A stretch of DNA of 64,000 nt from Ottowia testudinis (GTDB taxonomy: Bacteria; Pseudomonadota; Gammaproteobacteria; Burkholderiales; Burkholderiaceae_C): assembly GCF_017498525.1 (NCBI RefSeq), contig NZ_CP071796.1:4098041-4162040 (forward strand). Reading direction: 5' to 3'. The position numbers and the translations under genes were made by a program. The notes under the pieces are model-generated. The model ran no database searches, was not told where the DNA came from, and worked only from the letters and a program-made list of their open reading frames with translations. Of this stretch, positions 1 through 9,084 are shown piece after piece. Position 1 is the first letter of the stretch. Every line of letters starts with the position of its first letter.

Positions 1-215
1 CGGCGCGGCTGCGCCTCGCCGGTGCCGATCAAGGCGCCGGCGGCGTCGCGCACCAGCACCTCGCGCGGGGGCGGCTGCTGGCGTTCGCGCTCGCGGTCGC
101 GCTGCTCGTCGGCCACATGCCAAGCCCAACCGACCAGCAGGCTCAGCACCGCCACGCTGCCGGCCACGGTGAGCCAGATGCGCAGGTACAGCTTGCGGGC
201 GAGCGGCGTGACCAT
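1..215 (-). CDS. Probable sensor histidine kinase, N-terminal fragment; runs off the window start
   Basis: The minus-strand reading frame from ATG (complement 213-215) gives MVTPLARKLYLRIWLTVAGSVAVLSLLVGWAWHVADEQRDRERERQQPPPREVLV. That is a transmembrane segment followed by a charged region. It lies immediately downstream of an OmpR-family response regulator in the same orientation. The histidine kinase assignment rests on context only. Confidence 0.35.
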   Translation of the reverse strand, partial: MVTPLARKLYLRIWLTVAGSVAVLSLLVGWAWHVADEQRDRERERQQPPPREVLVRDAAGALIGTGEAQPR

Positions 216-222
216 GAAGCGG

Positions 223-275
223 TTACTATCAATAAATGAGCTGCTCGCGCTTGCCAGATAAGCGCTGGAGCCCAA
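223..275. repeat. Family A palindromic repeat (AT-rich flank + AGCTGCTCGCGCTTG-n-AAGCGCTGGAGC)
   Basis: Inverted repeat GCGCTTG/CAAGCGC flanked by AGCTGCT/AGCAGCT-like arms. Matches at least 16 other copies in the window. Confidence 0.7.
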
Positions 276-294
276 TTTCACCTGAATACCAAAG

Positions 295-403
295 ATCAGA
301 AGGCCGCGGAGCAGGCCATCCGGGAACGCCGTGGCCGGGGTTCCCCCGGCCACGAGCGTTGTCCCCTGGGGGAAGGCGCGTCAGCGCCACAGGGGGGGCG
401 TCA
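295..403 (+). repeat. Family B multi-hairpin repeat, copy B1 (about 110 bp)
   Basis: GAAGGCCGCGGAGCAGGCC...CCGTGGCCGGGGTTCCCCCGGCCACG...GTCCCCTGGGGGAAGGCGCGTCAGCGCCACAGGGGG has three perfect hairpins. It is near-identical to copies at 41873-41980 (same strand), 18649-18760 and 20432-20535 (reverse complement). Confidence 0.8.
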
Positions 404-1108
404 CTCCTGGTTTTTGGCGAACACATAGCCCACGCCCCGCACCGTCAGGATGCGCTTGGGATTTTTCAAGTCGGCCTCGATGGCGGCGCGGATGCGGCCC
501 ATGTGCACGTCGATCGAGCGGTCGAACGCCTCCAGCTCTCGGCCGCGCACGGCTTCCATGATCTGGTCGCGCGTCAGCACGCGGCCAGCGCGCTCGGCCA
601 GCGTCACCAGCAGGTCGAACTGGTAGCTGGTCAGTTCGGCCGGCTGGCCGCCCACGGTGACGGTGCGCGCGTCGCGGTCGATCTCAAGCTGGCCAAAGCG
701 CAACACCTTGTGCTCGGGCGCGGCACCAGGCTGGTGGCGGCGCAGCACGGCGCGGATGCGCGCCAGCAGCTCGCGCGGCTCGAACGGCTTGGGCAGGTAG
801 TCGTCGGCGCCCAGCTCCAGGCCGACGATGCGGTCCATCGGGTCGCCCTTGGCGGTGAGCATCAGCACCGGCACGCGCCCCGCGTCGCCCGGCAGCGCGC
901 GGATGCGGCGGCACACTTCCAGGCCGTCGATGTCGGGCAGCATCAGGTCGAGCACCACCAGGTCGACGGGCTTGTCTTGCAACGCGGCCAGGCCCGACGC
1001 GCCATCAAGCATGTGCGTGACGGCAAACCCCGACTGCGTGAGGTACTCGCCCACCATGGCCGCCAGGCGGGCGTCGTCTTCGATCATCAACAGGTGGTGG
1101 GTGCTCAT
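401..1108 (-). CDS. OmpR/PhoB-family two-component response regulator
   Basis: Receiver domain (LMIEDDARL...VLDLMLPDIDGLEV...KGD) plus winged-helix C-terminus (LTSYQFDLLVTLAERAGRVLTRDQIMEAV...GVGYVF). Shine-Dalgarno AAGAGGAG sits before the ATG. The long upstream ORF extension in the six-frame track is spurious. Confidence 0.9.
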   Translation of the reverse strand: MSTHHLLMIEDDARLAAMVGEYLTQSGFAVTHMLDGASGLAALQDKPVDLVVLDLMLPDIDGLEVCRRIRALPGDAGRVPVLMLTAKGDPMDRIVGLELGADDYLPKPFEPRELLARIRAVLRRHQPGAAPEHKVLRFGQLEIDRDARTVTVGGQPAELTSYQFDLLVTLAERAGRVLTRDQIMEAVRGRELEAFDRSIDVHMGRIRAAIEADLKNPKRILTVRGVGYVFAKNQE

Positions 1109-1215
1109 GCGCTCCTCTTTCGATCCCCGGGCAACAGGCCATGATGTCCATGACCCGCTGGGCCCGCTTGAACCGGGGGTAAAGATAAGTAAACCGCGCC
1201 GCGCTGGCGGCGCAG

Positions 1216-1268
1216 TTACTACACTAATAATAGCTGCTCGCGCTTGACTGACAAGCGCTACAGCCATT
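1216..1268. repeat. Family A palindromic repeat
   Basis: TAATAATAGCTGCTCGCGCTTGACTGACAAGCGCTACAGCC between the response regulator start and the ampG stop. Confidence 0.7.
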
Positions 1269-1269
1269 T

Positions 1270-2622
1270 TTAACCAGATGGCTTGCGCTGTACCCGCATC
1301 GCCAGCGCCACCAGCACCAGCACCGGCAGCCCCAGCAGCGCCGTGCTGGTGAAGAAGCCCGCGTAGCCAAACGCATTGACGTAGTCGCCCGAAAAACCGG
1401 CGATGAACTTGGGCAGCATCAGCATCAGCGACGAGAACAGCGCGTACTGCGTGGCCGAATAGCTGATGTTGGTCAGGCTGCTCAAATAGCCCACGAACGC
1501 CGCCGACGCTATGCCGCTGGCCAGGTTGTCGGCCGACACCACGGCAATCAGCGCCGGCACGCTGTGGCCATGGCCGGCCAGCCAGGCGAACAGCAGGTTG
1601 GTCAGCGCGCTCAGGGCCGCGCCCAGCATCAGGATGCGCATCACGCCAAAGCGCAGCGCCAGCGCGCCGCCCACGAAGGCGCCGGCCAGCGTCATGATGA
1701 CGCCGTAGACCTTGGTCACCGCCGCCACTTCGTCCTTGGTGTAGCCCATGTCCACATAGAACGGGTTGGCCATGATGCCCATCACGACGTCGCTGATGCG
1801 GTACACCGCGATCAGCGCCAGGATCAGCGCCGCCTGCCACTTGTAGCGTTTGAAAAAATCGGCGAACGGCTCGATGAGCGCCGAGCGCACCCATTCGCCC
1901 GCGTTGCGCGCAGGCGGTATCGGGCGCGGCGCCGGCTCGGGCGACAGCAGCACCGTCAGCACGCCCAGCGCCATGCTGGCGGCCATCACCAGGTACGCCG
2001 CCTGCCAGGCCGCGTGGTCGTAACCCGCCGCGCCGCCCTGCGCGCGCGCGGCCAGCCACAGCACGCCGGCACCGGCCCAGATCATGGCCAGCCGGTAGCC
2101 GGTCTGGTAGCTGGCGGCCAACGCGGGCTGCTGCTCGGTCGGCGCGGATTCGATGCGGTAGGCGTCCAGCGCGATGTCCTGCGTGGCCGAGGCAAAGGCC
2201 ACCGCCAGCGCGCACCACACCACGGCGGTGAGCGACGCACGCGGGTCGGCCCACGCCATGCCCACCAGCCCCGCCGCCACGCCCAGCTGCGCCAGCAGCA
2301 GCCAGCTGCGCCTGCGCCCAAGCCAGGGCGTGAGCAGCGGAATCGGCACGCGGTCGACCAGCGGCGCCCAAACCCACTTGAAGCCATACGCCAGACCGAC
2401 CCAGCTCAAATAGCCGATGGTGCTGCGGTCGATGCCCGCCTCGCGCAATCGAAACGAGAGCGTGCCCAGCACCAGCAGCAAGGGCAAGCCCGCCGAAAAG
2501 CCCAGCGCCAGCATGCGCAGGCTGGCCGGCTGCAGGTAGACCTTGAGGCTGTCCAGCCACGACGGCTGGCGCGCCGGCACGTCAGCGGCGGGGCCGGGCG
2601 CGTTGTCAGACAAGGACTGCAC
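1270..2622 (-). CDS. ampG: AmpG-type MFS permease (muropeptide / beta-lactamase induction signal transducer family)
   Basis: About 12 transmembrane-like hydrophobic stretches. The N-terminal region WLDSLKVYLQPASLRMLALGFSAGLPLLLVLGTLSFRLREAGIDRSTIGYLSWVGLAYGFKWVWAPLVDR looks like AmpG/PAT-family proteins. Confidence 0.75.
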   Translation of the reverse strand: MQSLSDNAPGPAADVPARQPSWLDSLKVYLQPASLRMLALGFSAGLPLLLVLGTLSFRLREAGIDRSTIGYLSWVGLAYGFKWVWAPLVDRVPIPLLTPWLGRRRSWLLLAQLGVAAGLVGMAWADPRASLTAVVWCALAVAFASATQDIALDAYRIESAPTEQQPALAASYQTGYRLAMIWAGAGVLWLAARAQGGAAGYDHAAWQAAYLVMAASMALGVLTVLLSPEPAPRPIPPARNAGEWVRSALIEPFADFFKRYKWQAALILALIAVYRISDVVMGIMANPFYVDMGYTKDEVAAVTKVYGVIMTLAGAFVGGALALRFGVMRILMLGAALSALTNLLFAWLAGHGHSVPALIAVVSADNLASGIASAAFVGYLSSLTNISYSATQYALFSSLMLMLPKFIAGFSGDYVNAFGYAGFFTSTALLGLPVLVLVALAMRVQRKPSG

Positions 2623-2704
2623 CGGTTTGCGCCCCCGCAGCGCTGGCAGCGCACCGGCGCCGGGGTATCTTGTGGCATTTCATCCGCCCTATTATTCACC
2701 CCCC

Positions 2705-3667
2705 ATGTGCTGGATCTGCCACGCCAAGACTTCGGCCGCCGACACAGCGGCCACCCATCGGCCATGGCCGCCACGCCGGGCCTTTTTGCTGGCCGCGGGC
2801 AGCGCCGCCGCCGCGCCGGTGCTGGCGCAGGTGGACGTCGGCCGCGCCTCGGGCATGCGCAACCTGGTGCCGGCCGACCAGCTGGAGCGCGCTGCCGGCC
2901 AGCAATATGCCGAGCTGCTGGCCCAGGCGCGCGCCAAGGGTGCGCTGGCCGGTGACGGCAACCCGCAGCTGCGGCGTCTGCGCGCCATCGCCCAGCGGCT
3001 GGTTCCGCACACCGTTCAGTGGAACGAACGCGCCCGTCAGTGGCGCTGGGAAGTCAACCTGTTCGAGAGCAAGTCGATCAACGCCTTCTGCATGCCGGGC
3101 GGCAAGATCGGTTTCTTCAGCGGCATCCTCGATCAACTCAAGCTGACCGACGACGAAGTCGCCATGGTCATGGGCCACGAAATGGCCCACGCGCTGCGCG
3201 AACACGCGCGCGAGCGCATGGCCAAGACCACCGCCACCAGCCTGGGCCTGGAAGTGGCCGCCTCGCTGTTCGGCCTGGGGCAGCTGGGCCAAGTGGGCGC
3301 CAACCTGGGCAGCCAGCTGCTGAGTTTGAAATACAGCCGCGACGACGAGACCGAGGCCGACCTGGTCGGCCTGGAAATCGCCGCCCGCGGCGGCTACGGC
3401 CCCAACGCCAGCGTCAGCCTGTGGAACAAGATGAGCGCCGCCAGCCAGCGCCAGGGCGGCACCAGTTTTCTCTCCACCCACCCCAGCGGCCCCGACCGCA
3501 TCCGCCAGCTGCAAGCCAACGTGCCGCGCGTGGAGGGGCTGTACCGGCAGGCGCAGCGCGGGGGATCGGCCGCGCCTGCCACCCCTGCCGCGCCGGTTGG
3601 CGTCACCGCGCCCGGCCCAGCGCCGGATTACCAGACGCCGGTGGGCCGCGCCATCCGGGTGCAGTGA
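2705..3667 (+). CDS. M48-family zinc metallopeptidase (BepA/YcaL-like) with twin-arginine signal
   Basis: HEMAHALREH zinc motif (HExxH) and a downstream E (ETEAD). N-terminal RRAFLLAAGSAAAAPVLA resembles a Tat signal. The start is chosen at ATG 2705; the six-frame ORF extends further upstream into ampG. Confidence 0.8.
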   Translation: MCWICHAKTSAADTAATHRPWPPRRAFLLAAGSAAAAPVLAQVDVGRASGMRNLVPADQLERAAGQQYAELLAQARAKGALAGDGNPQLRRLRAIAQRLVPHTVQWNERARQWRWEVNLFESKSINAFCMPGGKIGFFSGILDQLKLTDDEVAMVMGHEMAHALREHARERMAKTTATSLGLEVAASLFGLGQLGQVGANLGSQLLSLKYSRDDETEADLVGLEIAARGGYGPNASVSLWNKMSAASQRQGGTSFLSTHPSGPDRIRQLQANVPRVEGLYRQAQRGGSAAPATPAAPVGVTAPGPAPDYQTPVGRAIRVQ

Positions 3668-3791
3668 GCGGCGCGCCCGACGGTCAACATCCGCCATCAG
3701 GGTTTTCGATAGCCCACCCGCGATTGCAGGTTGCATACCAATCACTTACCTTGCCTGTGCGGCACCGTCGCCGCGCACAAAGGAGTGAGAC

Positions 3792-4337
3792 ATGGGCGCT
3801 TATATGCAACAGCACGACATCTTCATCGGCAGCATGCTGGACGAACTCAACCTGCGCTTTGCGCCCTCGCAAAGCGAATATGGCGGTGTGGGCGGGCTGG
3901 ACGAGATGGTGGCGCTGCAGCAGGAGTTCGAGATCTTCAAGAAGGGCCGCCCGCTGAAAAACAGCATCGCGGCGCTCAACCTGCTTTCTCGCAACAACGA
4001 CGTCAAGCGGCGCTGGCTGGAATTGATCGGCAACCTGGGGCGACACCCCTCCAACCTGCAAGGCATGGATGGCGAACAAGCCATCATCACTGCGCTGGTC
4101 GACAACCTGCGCGCCAGCAAGCCGCTGCCGGTGTTCTTTGCCTCGCACAGCATGCTGGGGGAGCGCGACAACAAGCAGGTCAAAATCACGCCCCGCGCCC
4201 GCGCCGTGCACTACATCGAGCAGGACTACATCGTCATCTCGCTGCCCATGCAGTCGGTGCAGGCCTTCGAGGCTTATCAGCAGCAACGCGCCGCCGCCAA
4301 GGCCCAGGCCGCGCTGGAAGCCGCATCGGCTCCGTAA
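3792..4337 (+). CDS. Hypothetical protein, paralog 1 of a duplicated pair (181 aa)
   Basis: Shine-Dalgarno AAAGGAG before the ATG. About 50% identical to the 5183-5704 product, with shared blocks LDxLNxRFAP, QxEFxIFKxGRPL, LPVFFxSH and ISLPMQS. No family recognised. Confidence 0.6.
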   Translation: MGAYMQQHDIFIGSMLDELNLRFAPSQSEYGGVGGLDEMVALQQEFEIFKKGRPLKNSIAALNLLSRNNDVKRRWLELIGNLGRHPSNLQGMDGEQAIITALVDNLRASKPLPVFFASHSMLGERDNKQVKITPRARAVHYIEQDYIVISLPMQSVQAFEAYQQQRAAAKAQAALEAASAP

Positions 4338-4350
4338 CGCACCCGATTCG

Positions 4351-4998
4351 ATGCCAACCCCAGGCGTGCCAACGCCGTTGGAAGCCGTCAGCGCCTACTA
4401 CAGCGACAAGCTGCGCCGCTTTGGCCCCACGCCGCTGGGCGTGGACTGGCCAAGCCGGCCGAACCTGGAGCTGCGCCTGGTGCAACTGCTGAAGCTGTGC
4501 GATTTCAGCCAGCCGCGCTCGCTGAACGACGTGGGCTGCGGCTACGGCGCGCTGCGCACGCTGCTCAGCCGCCGCCACCGCCGCGCCCAGATTGATCTGC
4601 TGGGCACCGATGTCTCCGCCGCCATGGTGGCCGCCGCGCGTCGCCGCTGGCGCCACCGGGCCGATTGCGCCTTCGAGTTGGCCGAAGGCGCCGTGCGCGT
4701 CGCCGACTACAGCCTGGCCAGTGGCATCTTCAACGTCAAGCTGGACTGCCCAGTGCCAGAGTGGGAAGCGCTGGTCGCGCGCACCCTGGAGAACCTGCAC
4801 CGCCACAGCCGGCTGGGCTACGCCGTCAACTTCATCGGCCCGGCCGCCCCCGGGCAGAACAGCCCGCCGGAGCTGTACCGCCCCGCCCCCGAGCGGTGGC
4901 TGATGCACATCGCCGACACGCAGCCGGGTGCCGAAGTCACGGTCTTGCGCGGCTACGGGCTGCCTGAGTACACGCTGCTGGTGCGCCCGGCGGGCTGA
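4351..4998 (+). CDS. Class I SAM-dependent methyltransferase (small, about 215 aa)
   Basis: Motif I DVGCGYGAL. Located between the two paralogous unknown genes. Confidence 0.75.
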   Translation: MPTPGVPTPLEAVSAYYSDKLRRFGPTPLGVDWPSRPNLELRLVQLLKLCDFSQPRSLNDVGCGYGALRTLLSRRHRRAQIDLLGTDVSAAMVAAARRRWRHRADCAFELAEGAVRVADYSLASGIFNVKLDCPVPEWEALVARTLENLHRHSRLGYAVNFIGPAAPGQNSPPELYRPAPERWLMHIADTQPGAEVTVLRGYGLPEYTLLVRPAG

Positions 4999-5021
4999 CG
5001 AACGGCGTCCGGCCTCTACTG

Positions 5022-5072
5022 TTTTGATAGCTGCTTGCGCACGTCAGTTGGGCGCCAGTGACTGATTTGGTT
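5022..5072. repeat. Family A repeat, divergent subtype (ATAGCTGCTTGCGCACGTCAGTTGGGCGCC)
   Basis: Shares ATAGCTGCT-GCGC and AGTTGGGCGC with the copy at 51966-52006. Confidence 0.5.
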
Positions 5073-5182
5073 CGAAAATTCGTGGGGCCAACGCGCTACC
5101 TCATTTGTGCTTGCGCCCGTCATGGAGTCCATGCAAAAGTTACAACCCTTGCAACCACCACTTGAGATGAGAGGAGCACATC

Positions 5183-5704
5183 GTGGGCTATTTCATGGCA
5201 TACGCCGATACACAGATTCCCACTTTCCTGGACCAGCTGAATCAGCGCTTTGCGCCCGCGCAACCCGACGTGGGTGGCGAGAGCATGTATGGCGGCATTG
5301 CCGAAATGGCGGAGATCCAGAAGGAGTTCGGCATCTTCAAGCAAGGGCGACCGCTGCGCGAAAGCATGCGGGCCCTCAATCTGACCGCAGGCAACAACGC
5401 GGTGCGGCAACGCTGGTTGAGACTGATCGAAGGTTTGTCCAAGCACCCATCCAACCGCGATGGCGAGCGCGGTGACGACGCGATTGTCAATGCGTTGATC
5501 GAAAACTTTTCGGCCAAGGAACCGCTGCCAGTATTCTTCACTTCGCACGACATGCAGGGCAAGCAGGTTGACGGGAGCCCGGTGATGATTACCCAGGGCG
5601 CTCGTCCGCTTCACTATTTGGAAACGGACTATTTGGTGATCTCGTTGCCCATGCAGTCGAAAGAAGCGGCTGAGCGCATGCGCGCCACGGCCTCACGCAC
5701 TTAG
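5183..5704 (+). CDS. Hypothetical protein, paralog 2 (173 aa), probable GTG start
   Basis: GAGGAG lies 6 nt before GTG 5183. It is a paralog of the 3792-4337 product. Its stop overlaps the stop of the convergent 5701-8844 gene. Confidence 0.6.
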   Translation: MGYFMAYADTQIPTFLDQLNQRFAPAQPDVGGESMYGGIAEMAEIQKEFGIFKQGRPLRESMRALNLTAGNNAVRQRWLRLIEGLSKHPSNRDGERGDDAIVNALIENFSAKEPLPVFFTSHDMQGKQVDGSPVMITQGARPLHYLETDYLVISLPMQSKEAAERMRATASRT

Positions 5705-8700
5705 GCGCGGAACAAGAGCGCCTGGGTCCGTGCCCGGGCAGACGCAGCACGCCAGGCGGGGCGCCAGAGTTCAGCGCCAGTGGCGTCGAGCAGTTCACCG
5801 GCGCGTGCCAACCAATTGCTCACAGAGGACACGGCCGGGGCATCACCATCTGGCGGCACGATGCCCGCCAGCGCGGCGCGCACCAACACCAACGCTGCCC
5901 GACATTCGCCGATGCGGTTGCCGCGTTGCCGCGCCAATGCGGTGGCATTGAGCGCCGCACGCGCCGCTTCGGGCCAGGCCCGCCGAGCAGCCAGCGCTTC
6001 CGCCAGCAACACATCGATCTCGGACTCGAAATCCACCGCAACGCCTTTGGCGTGCAGATGCAACAAACCATCATGCAAGCGGTTGCAGGCGCTGGTGTAT
6101 TGGTGTCGGGCCACGTCCAGCAGGGCAAAGAAGTAAGCCCCCGAGACGCGCAAATAGTCGTTGCGATTGCGGGCCGCCTGATCGACCCGTTGGGCGCAGG
6201 CCCAAGCGTTGCGCCAGCGGCCCTGCACGCAGTCCAACTCTACGGTTAACGTTTGAAAAATACCCTGCATCACGGCGTCCGGTTCGTCCAGCAGCATGCT
6301 CTGCAAACGATCGCTGCAGGCGCGGGCTTCCACCAATCGACCCATGCGCAGAAGCACCCGCGCGCGCAGGCTCCACGCCCAGTGGCTCACGCCGTAACCG
6401 ATGAAGTCGCGGTCAAAGGCAGAGATGCGATGCAGTGCCGACAGCGCCACATCGTTGGCGGCAAGGGATTCGCGCAGCAGGCCGGCCCAGCCGTAAGCCT
6501 GACACAGCGCCACATGCAGCAGCGCCGAGCGCCCGCCATCGTCACCGGGCGGCGCAGACATGGCGATCACTCGCTGTACGGTTTGCACGTATTCGTCGGC
6601 CGAGCCACCGCTACTTTGACGCATGCGGGCATGCGCAAAGTGGAGCAATTGCGGCAGGCGCGGATCAGCTTGGGCGGCCTGCTGCAGCGCTCGCGCGACA
6701 AGCTGCGTGACCTCTTGCGTGGTGATGCCGCCGCGCCAACCCAAAAACACGATTCGCCCTGCCGCCAAGGCGCTCATCGCGCTGGTTTCCTCGATTTCAT
6801 GCTCTCCATCCAATAGCAAAAGCACTCTGCGCCAGCCGGCAATGCTTTGGGCGGCATCCCCCGTGCGTAACCACTGCGCCGCCCGCACCGCATGCCGGGC
6901 GGCAGCCAGGCGATGGCCCGCCTGCTCACGGTGGTGCGACATCAGCGCCGCCAGTTCTCCGGCGCGCGGGCCTTGGGCGTAGCGCTGTTCCATGACCTCG
7001 GCCACGCGCGCGTGCACGGCCTGCTTGTGGGTGCGCAGCTGCGCGCCGTACGCGGCCTCCTGGATGAGCGGGTGGGCAAAGTGCAGGCCGCCGGCGCCGG
7101 GCACGCGGGCCAGCAGTTCGGCCGCGCACAGGCGGCGCAGGGCGGCGGCCAGCGTGCCGGGCGCGGGGCGCAGCACACGCGCCAGCACGGCGGCATCGAC
7201 CTGCTTGCCCATGACGGCGCAGGTTTGCAGCACGCGCTTGTCGGCGGCGGGCAGGGCATCGACGCGGGCGGCGATCAGGCCGTCGATGCTGTCGGGCAGC
7301 TCGCCTGCCCAGCGCGCCGGGTCGGCACCGCTGCGCCGCAGGTGGCGCGCCAGTTCTTCGGCAAAAAATGGGTTGCCCTGGCTGCGCTCGGTCACGCGCT
7401 CGACCCAGCTGGCACGGTCGTCGCCCGCCAGCGCCGGGGCCGGTGCACCGGTCTCGGCTGGTGCAGACAAGCGGTCGGCCACGATGCCGCGCAGCGCTTC
7501 GGGCGCGAGTGCGCCCAAGGCCAGCATGGCGGCGTGCGGCAGGCGCGGCCAGGGCGGTGCGCTGCCGCGCTGGTTGACCAGCAACAGGGTGCGGGTGGTG
7601 CTGATGGCCTCGGCCACGGTCGACAGAATGGGGCCGCTGGCGGCGTCGAGCCAGTGCAGGTCGTCCACCACCAGCAGGCGCACGCGGGCGGCGTCGGCGC
7701 GCACCAGCTCGGCCACCAGCGACAGCAGCCGCACCTGGCGCGCGTCGCGGCTGGGCGGCAGGCCGGCGGGCGCAGGGGCGTCGTCGTCGGTCACGCCCAT
7801 CAGCTCTTGCAGCAGAAAGGCATCGACCGGGCTGGGCAGACCGGCATTGGCCAGCGCCGCGCCGATGCGGCGGCGCGCCTCGGGCGGTGCCAGCTCGGGC
7901 GGGCAGTTCAGGCACAGCGCGCCCAGCAGCTCGCGCGCGGGGCGCAGGGGAAGCGCGTGGCTCAAGGGGTGGGCCTGCACGCGCACGACGGGCATGCCAG
8001 CGGCTTCGCAGCGCTGGGCAAATTCGGCGCACAGCCGGGTTTTGCCCAGGCCAGGGTCACCACTGATGCAGACCACCTGGCCTTGACCGGCGCGGGTGCG
8101 GCCCAGGGCGTGGTTGAGCTGGGCCAGCTCATCAACCCGGCCCAGAAAACGCCCGCTGGCCCGGGCCGCCTGCGTGGCTGAGGCGTGGGTCACGTCAAGC
8201 CGCAGCGCGTAGAGCGCCACCGCATGCAAGATGCCCTTGAGGTGCCAGGCGCCCACTGGCCGCGCGGCCAGCAGGCCGGGGCGCAGCAGGTGGCGGGTGT
8301 CGTCGGTCAGCAGCACCTGGCCGGGCTCGGCCTGGGCGGCCACGCGGCTGGCCAGGTGGATGGCCACGCCGTGCGCGCCGCCGCCGCGCCGGTCGCCGGC
8401 CTCGGTGGGGTCGCTGGCCACCTTGCCGGTGTGGATGCCAATGCGCAGCGCCAGGCGCGGCGTGCCATTTTCATTCTGGGGGCCGGCCACGCGCTGCATG
8501 CGCACGGCGGCCAGGCAAGCCTGCTCGGCGTGCTGTTCCAGCGCGCGCGGCACGCCAAACAGCGCCATGATGCCGTCGCCCAGCGTGCGCAGCACGGTGC
8601 CGCCATGAGCTTCGACAACGGCGACCATGCGCTCGACAACCGGTTGCAGCTGCCGCATGGCTTGCTCGGGGCTCAGTTCGGCGATCTGGCGGGTGGAATC

Positions 8701-8844
8701 GACGATGTCGGCGAACAGGATGGTGGCAGGCTTGACCTCGCCCCACGGCGCGGGCGATTCAGCCAAGGTCTGCCCACAGACGGCGCAAAAACGATCGGTG
8801 TTGCGGCAGGCCGCTCCGCATTGGGTGCAGAAGCGGGCGGCCAT
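5701..8844 (-). CDS. Adenylate/guanylate cyclase - AAA/STAND ATPase - TPR-like repeat protein (about 1047 aa) with N-terminal double zinc ribbon
   Basis: N-terminus FCTQCGAACRNTDRFCAVCGQ has two CxxC pairs. The class III cyclase core reads ILFADIVDSTRQ...LRTLGDGIMALFG...RIGIHTGKV. P-loop GDPGLGKT. The long C-terminal half is Ala/Leu-rich. An alternative GTG start lies at 8886. Confidence 0.8.
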   Translation of the reverse strand: MAARFCTQCGAACRNTDRFCAVCGQTLAESPAPWGEVKPATILFADIVDSTRQIAELSPEQAMRQLQPVVERMVAVVEAHGGTVLRTLGDGIMALFGVPRALEQHAEQACLAAVRMQRVAGPQNENGTPRLALRIGIHTGKVASDPTEAGDRRGGGAHGVAIHLASRVAAQAEPGQVLLTDDTRHLLRPGLLAARPVGAWHLKGILHAVALYALRLDVTHASATQAARASGRFLGRVDELAQLNHALGRTRAGQGQVVCISGDPGLGKTRLCAEFAQRCEAAGMPVVRVQAHPLSHALPLRPARELLGALCLNCPPELAPPEARRRIGAALANAGLPSPVDAFLLQELMGVTDDDAPAPAGLPPSRDARQVRLLSLVAELVRADAARVRLLVVDDLHWLDAASGPILSTVAEAISTTRTLLLVNQRGSAPPWPRLPHAAMLALGALAPEALRGIVADRLSAPAETGAPAPALAGDDRASWVERVTERSQGNPFFAEELARHLRRSGADPARWAGELPDSIDGLIAARVDALPAADKRVLQTCAVMGKQVDAAVLARVLRPAPGTLAAALRRLCAAELLARVPGAGGLHFAHPLIQEAAYGAQLRTHKQAVHARVAEVMEQRYAQGPRAGELAALMSHHREQAGHRLAAARHAVRAAQWLRTGDAAQSIAGWRRVLLLLDGEHEIEETSAMSALAAGRIVFLGWRGGITTQEVTQLVARALQQAAQADPRLPQLLHFAHARMRQSSGGSADEYVQTVQRVIAMSAPPGDDGGRSALLHVALCQAYGWAGLLRESLAANDVALSALHRISAFDRDFIGYGVSHWAWSLRARVLLRMGRLVEARACSDRLQSMLLDEPDAVMQGIFQTLTVELDCVQGRWRNAWACAQRVDQAARNRNDYLRVSGAYFFALLDVARHQYTSACNRLHDGLLHLHAKGVAVDFESEIDVLLAEALAARRAWPEAARAALNATALARQRGNRIGECRAALVLVRAALAGIVPPDGDAPAVSSVSNWLARAGELLDATGAELWRPAWRAASARARTQALLFRA

Positions 8845-9010
8845 GGTGTCAGCCCCCGCGTGCCGGGGGGTGAAGGGGAAAGACACACGACGACGCAGGG
8901 CGCGGCACGGGCATGTTTGGCATGCTAACCGGAAAGCCTTACATCGCTTACATCAACGAACGGCCATCCGCATCCACCGAAAGATGGATGTGCCGGCGAT
9001 TGCTTCAGCG

Positions 9011-9084
9011 AGAATTTTTTCTAAAAAAACAGCCTGTAGCGCTTGTCCATCAAGCGCGAGCAGCTGCAATAAATATAGCAATCA
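9011..9084. repeat. Family A repeat with AT-rich arms (..CAGCCTGTAGCGCTTGTCCATCAAGCGCGAGCAGCTGCAATAAATATAGCAATCA)
   Basis: The right arm AGCTnnAwAAATAwTAGCAAyCA also occurs at 14170-14195 and 24449-24472. Confidence 0.75.

Noticed and set aside
22-261. 79-aa plus-strand ORF at the window start
   Set aside because: Arg/Ser-rich. The opposite strand encodes a plausible transmembrane N-terminus of a histidine kinase in operon context with the response regulator.
236-1144. Long plus-strand ORF (302 aa) and many similar long ORFs on the opposite strand of real genes (e.g. 1564-2955, 6892-8181, 6926-8032, 15631-17241, 28301-30166, 30813-32522, 57548-60052)
   Set aside because: They overlap well-supported genes on the other strand and have Arg/Ala/Gly-rich composition typical of antisense or off-frame translation of high-GC DNA. 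They have no Shine-Dalgarno and no recognisable domains. They are spurious.
401-2560. 719-aa minus-strand ORF that fuses the response regulator with upstream sequence
   Set aside because: Only the last about 235 codons form a response regulator, preceded by a good Shine-Dalgarno. The upstream part runs antisense through ampG and is out-of-frame noise.
2543-2704. N-terminal extension of the M48 peptidase ORF back to 2543
   Set aside because: The extension overlaps the ampG coding region on the other strand. The Tat-like signal begins just after ATG 2705.
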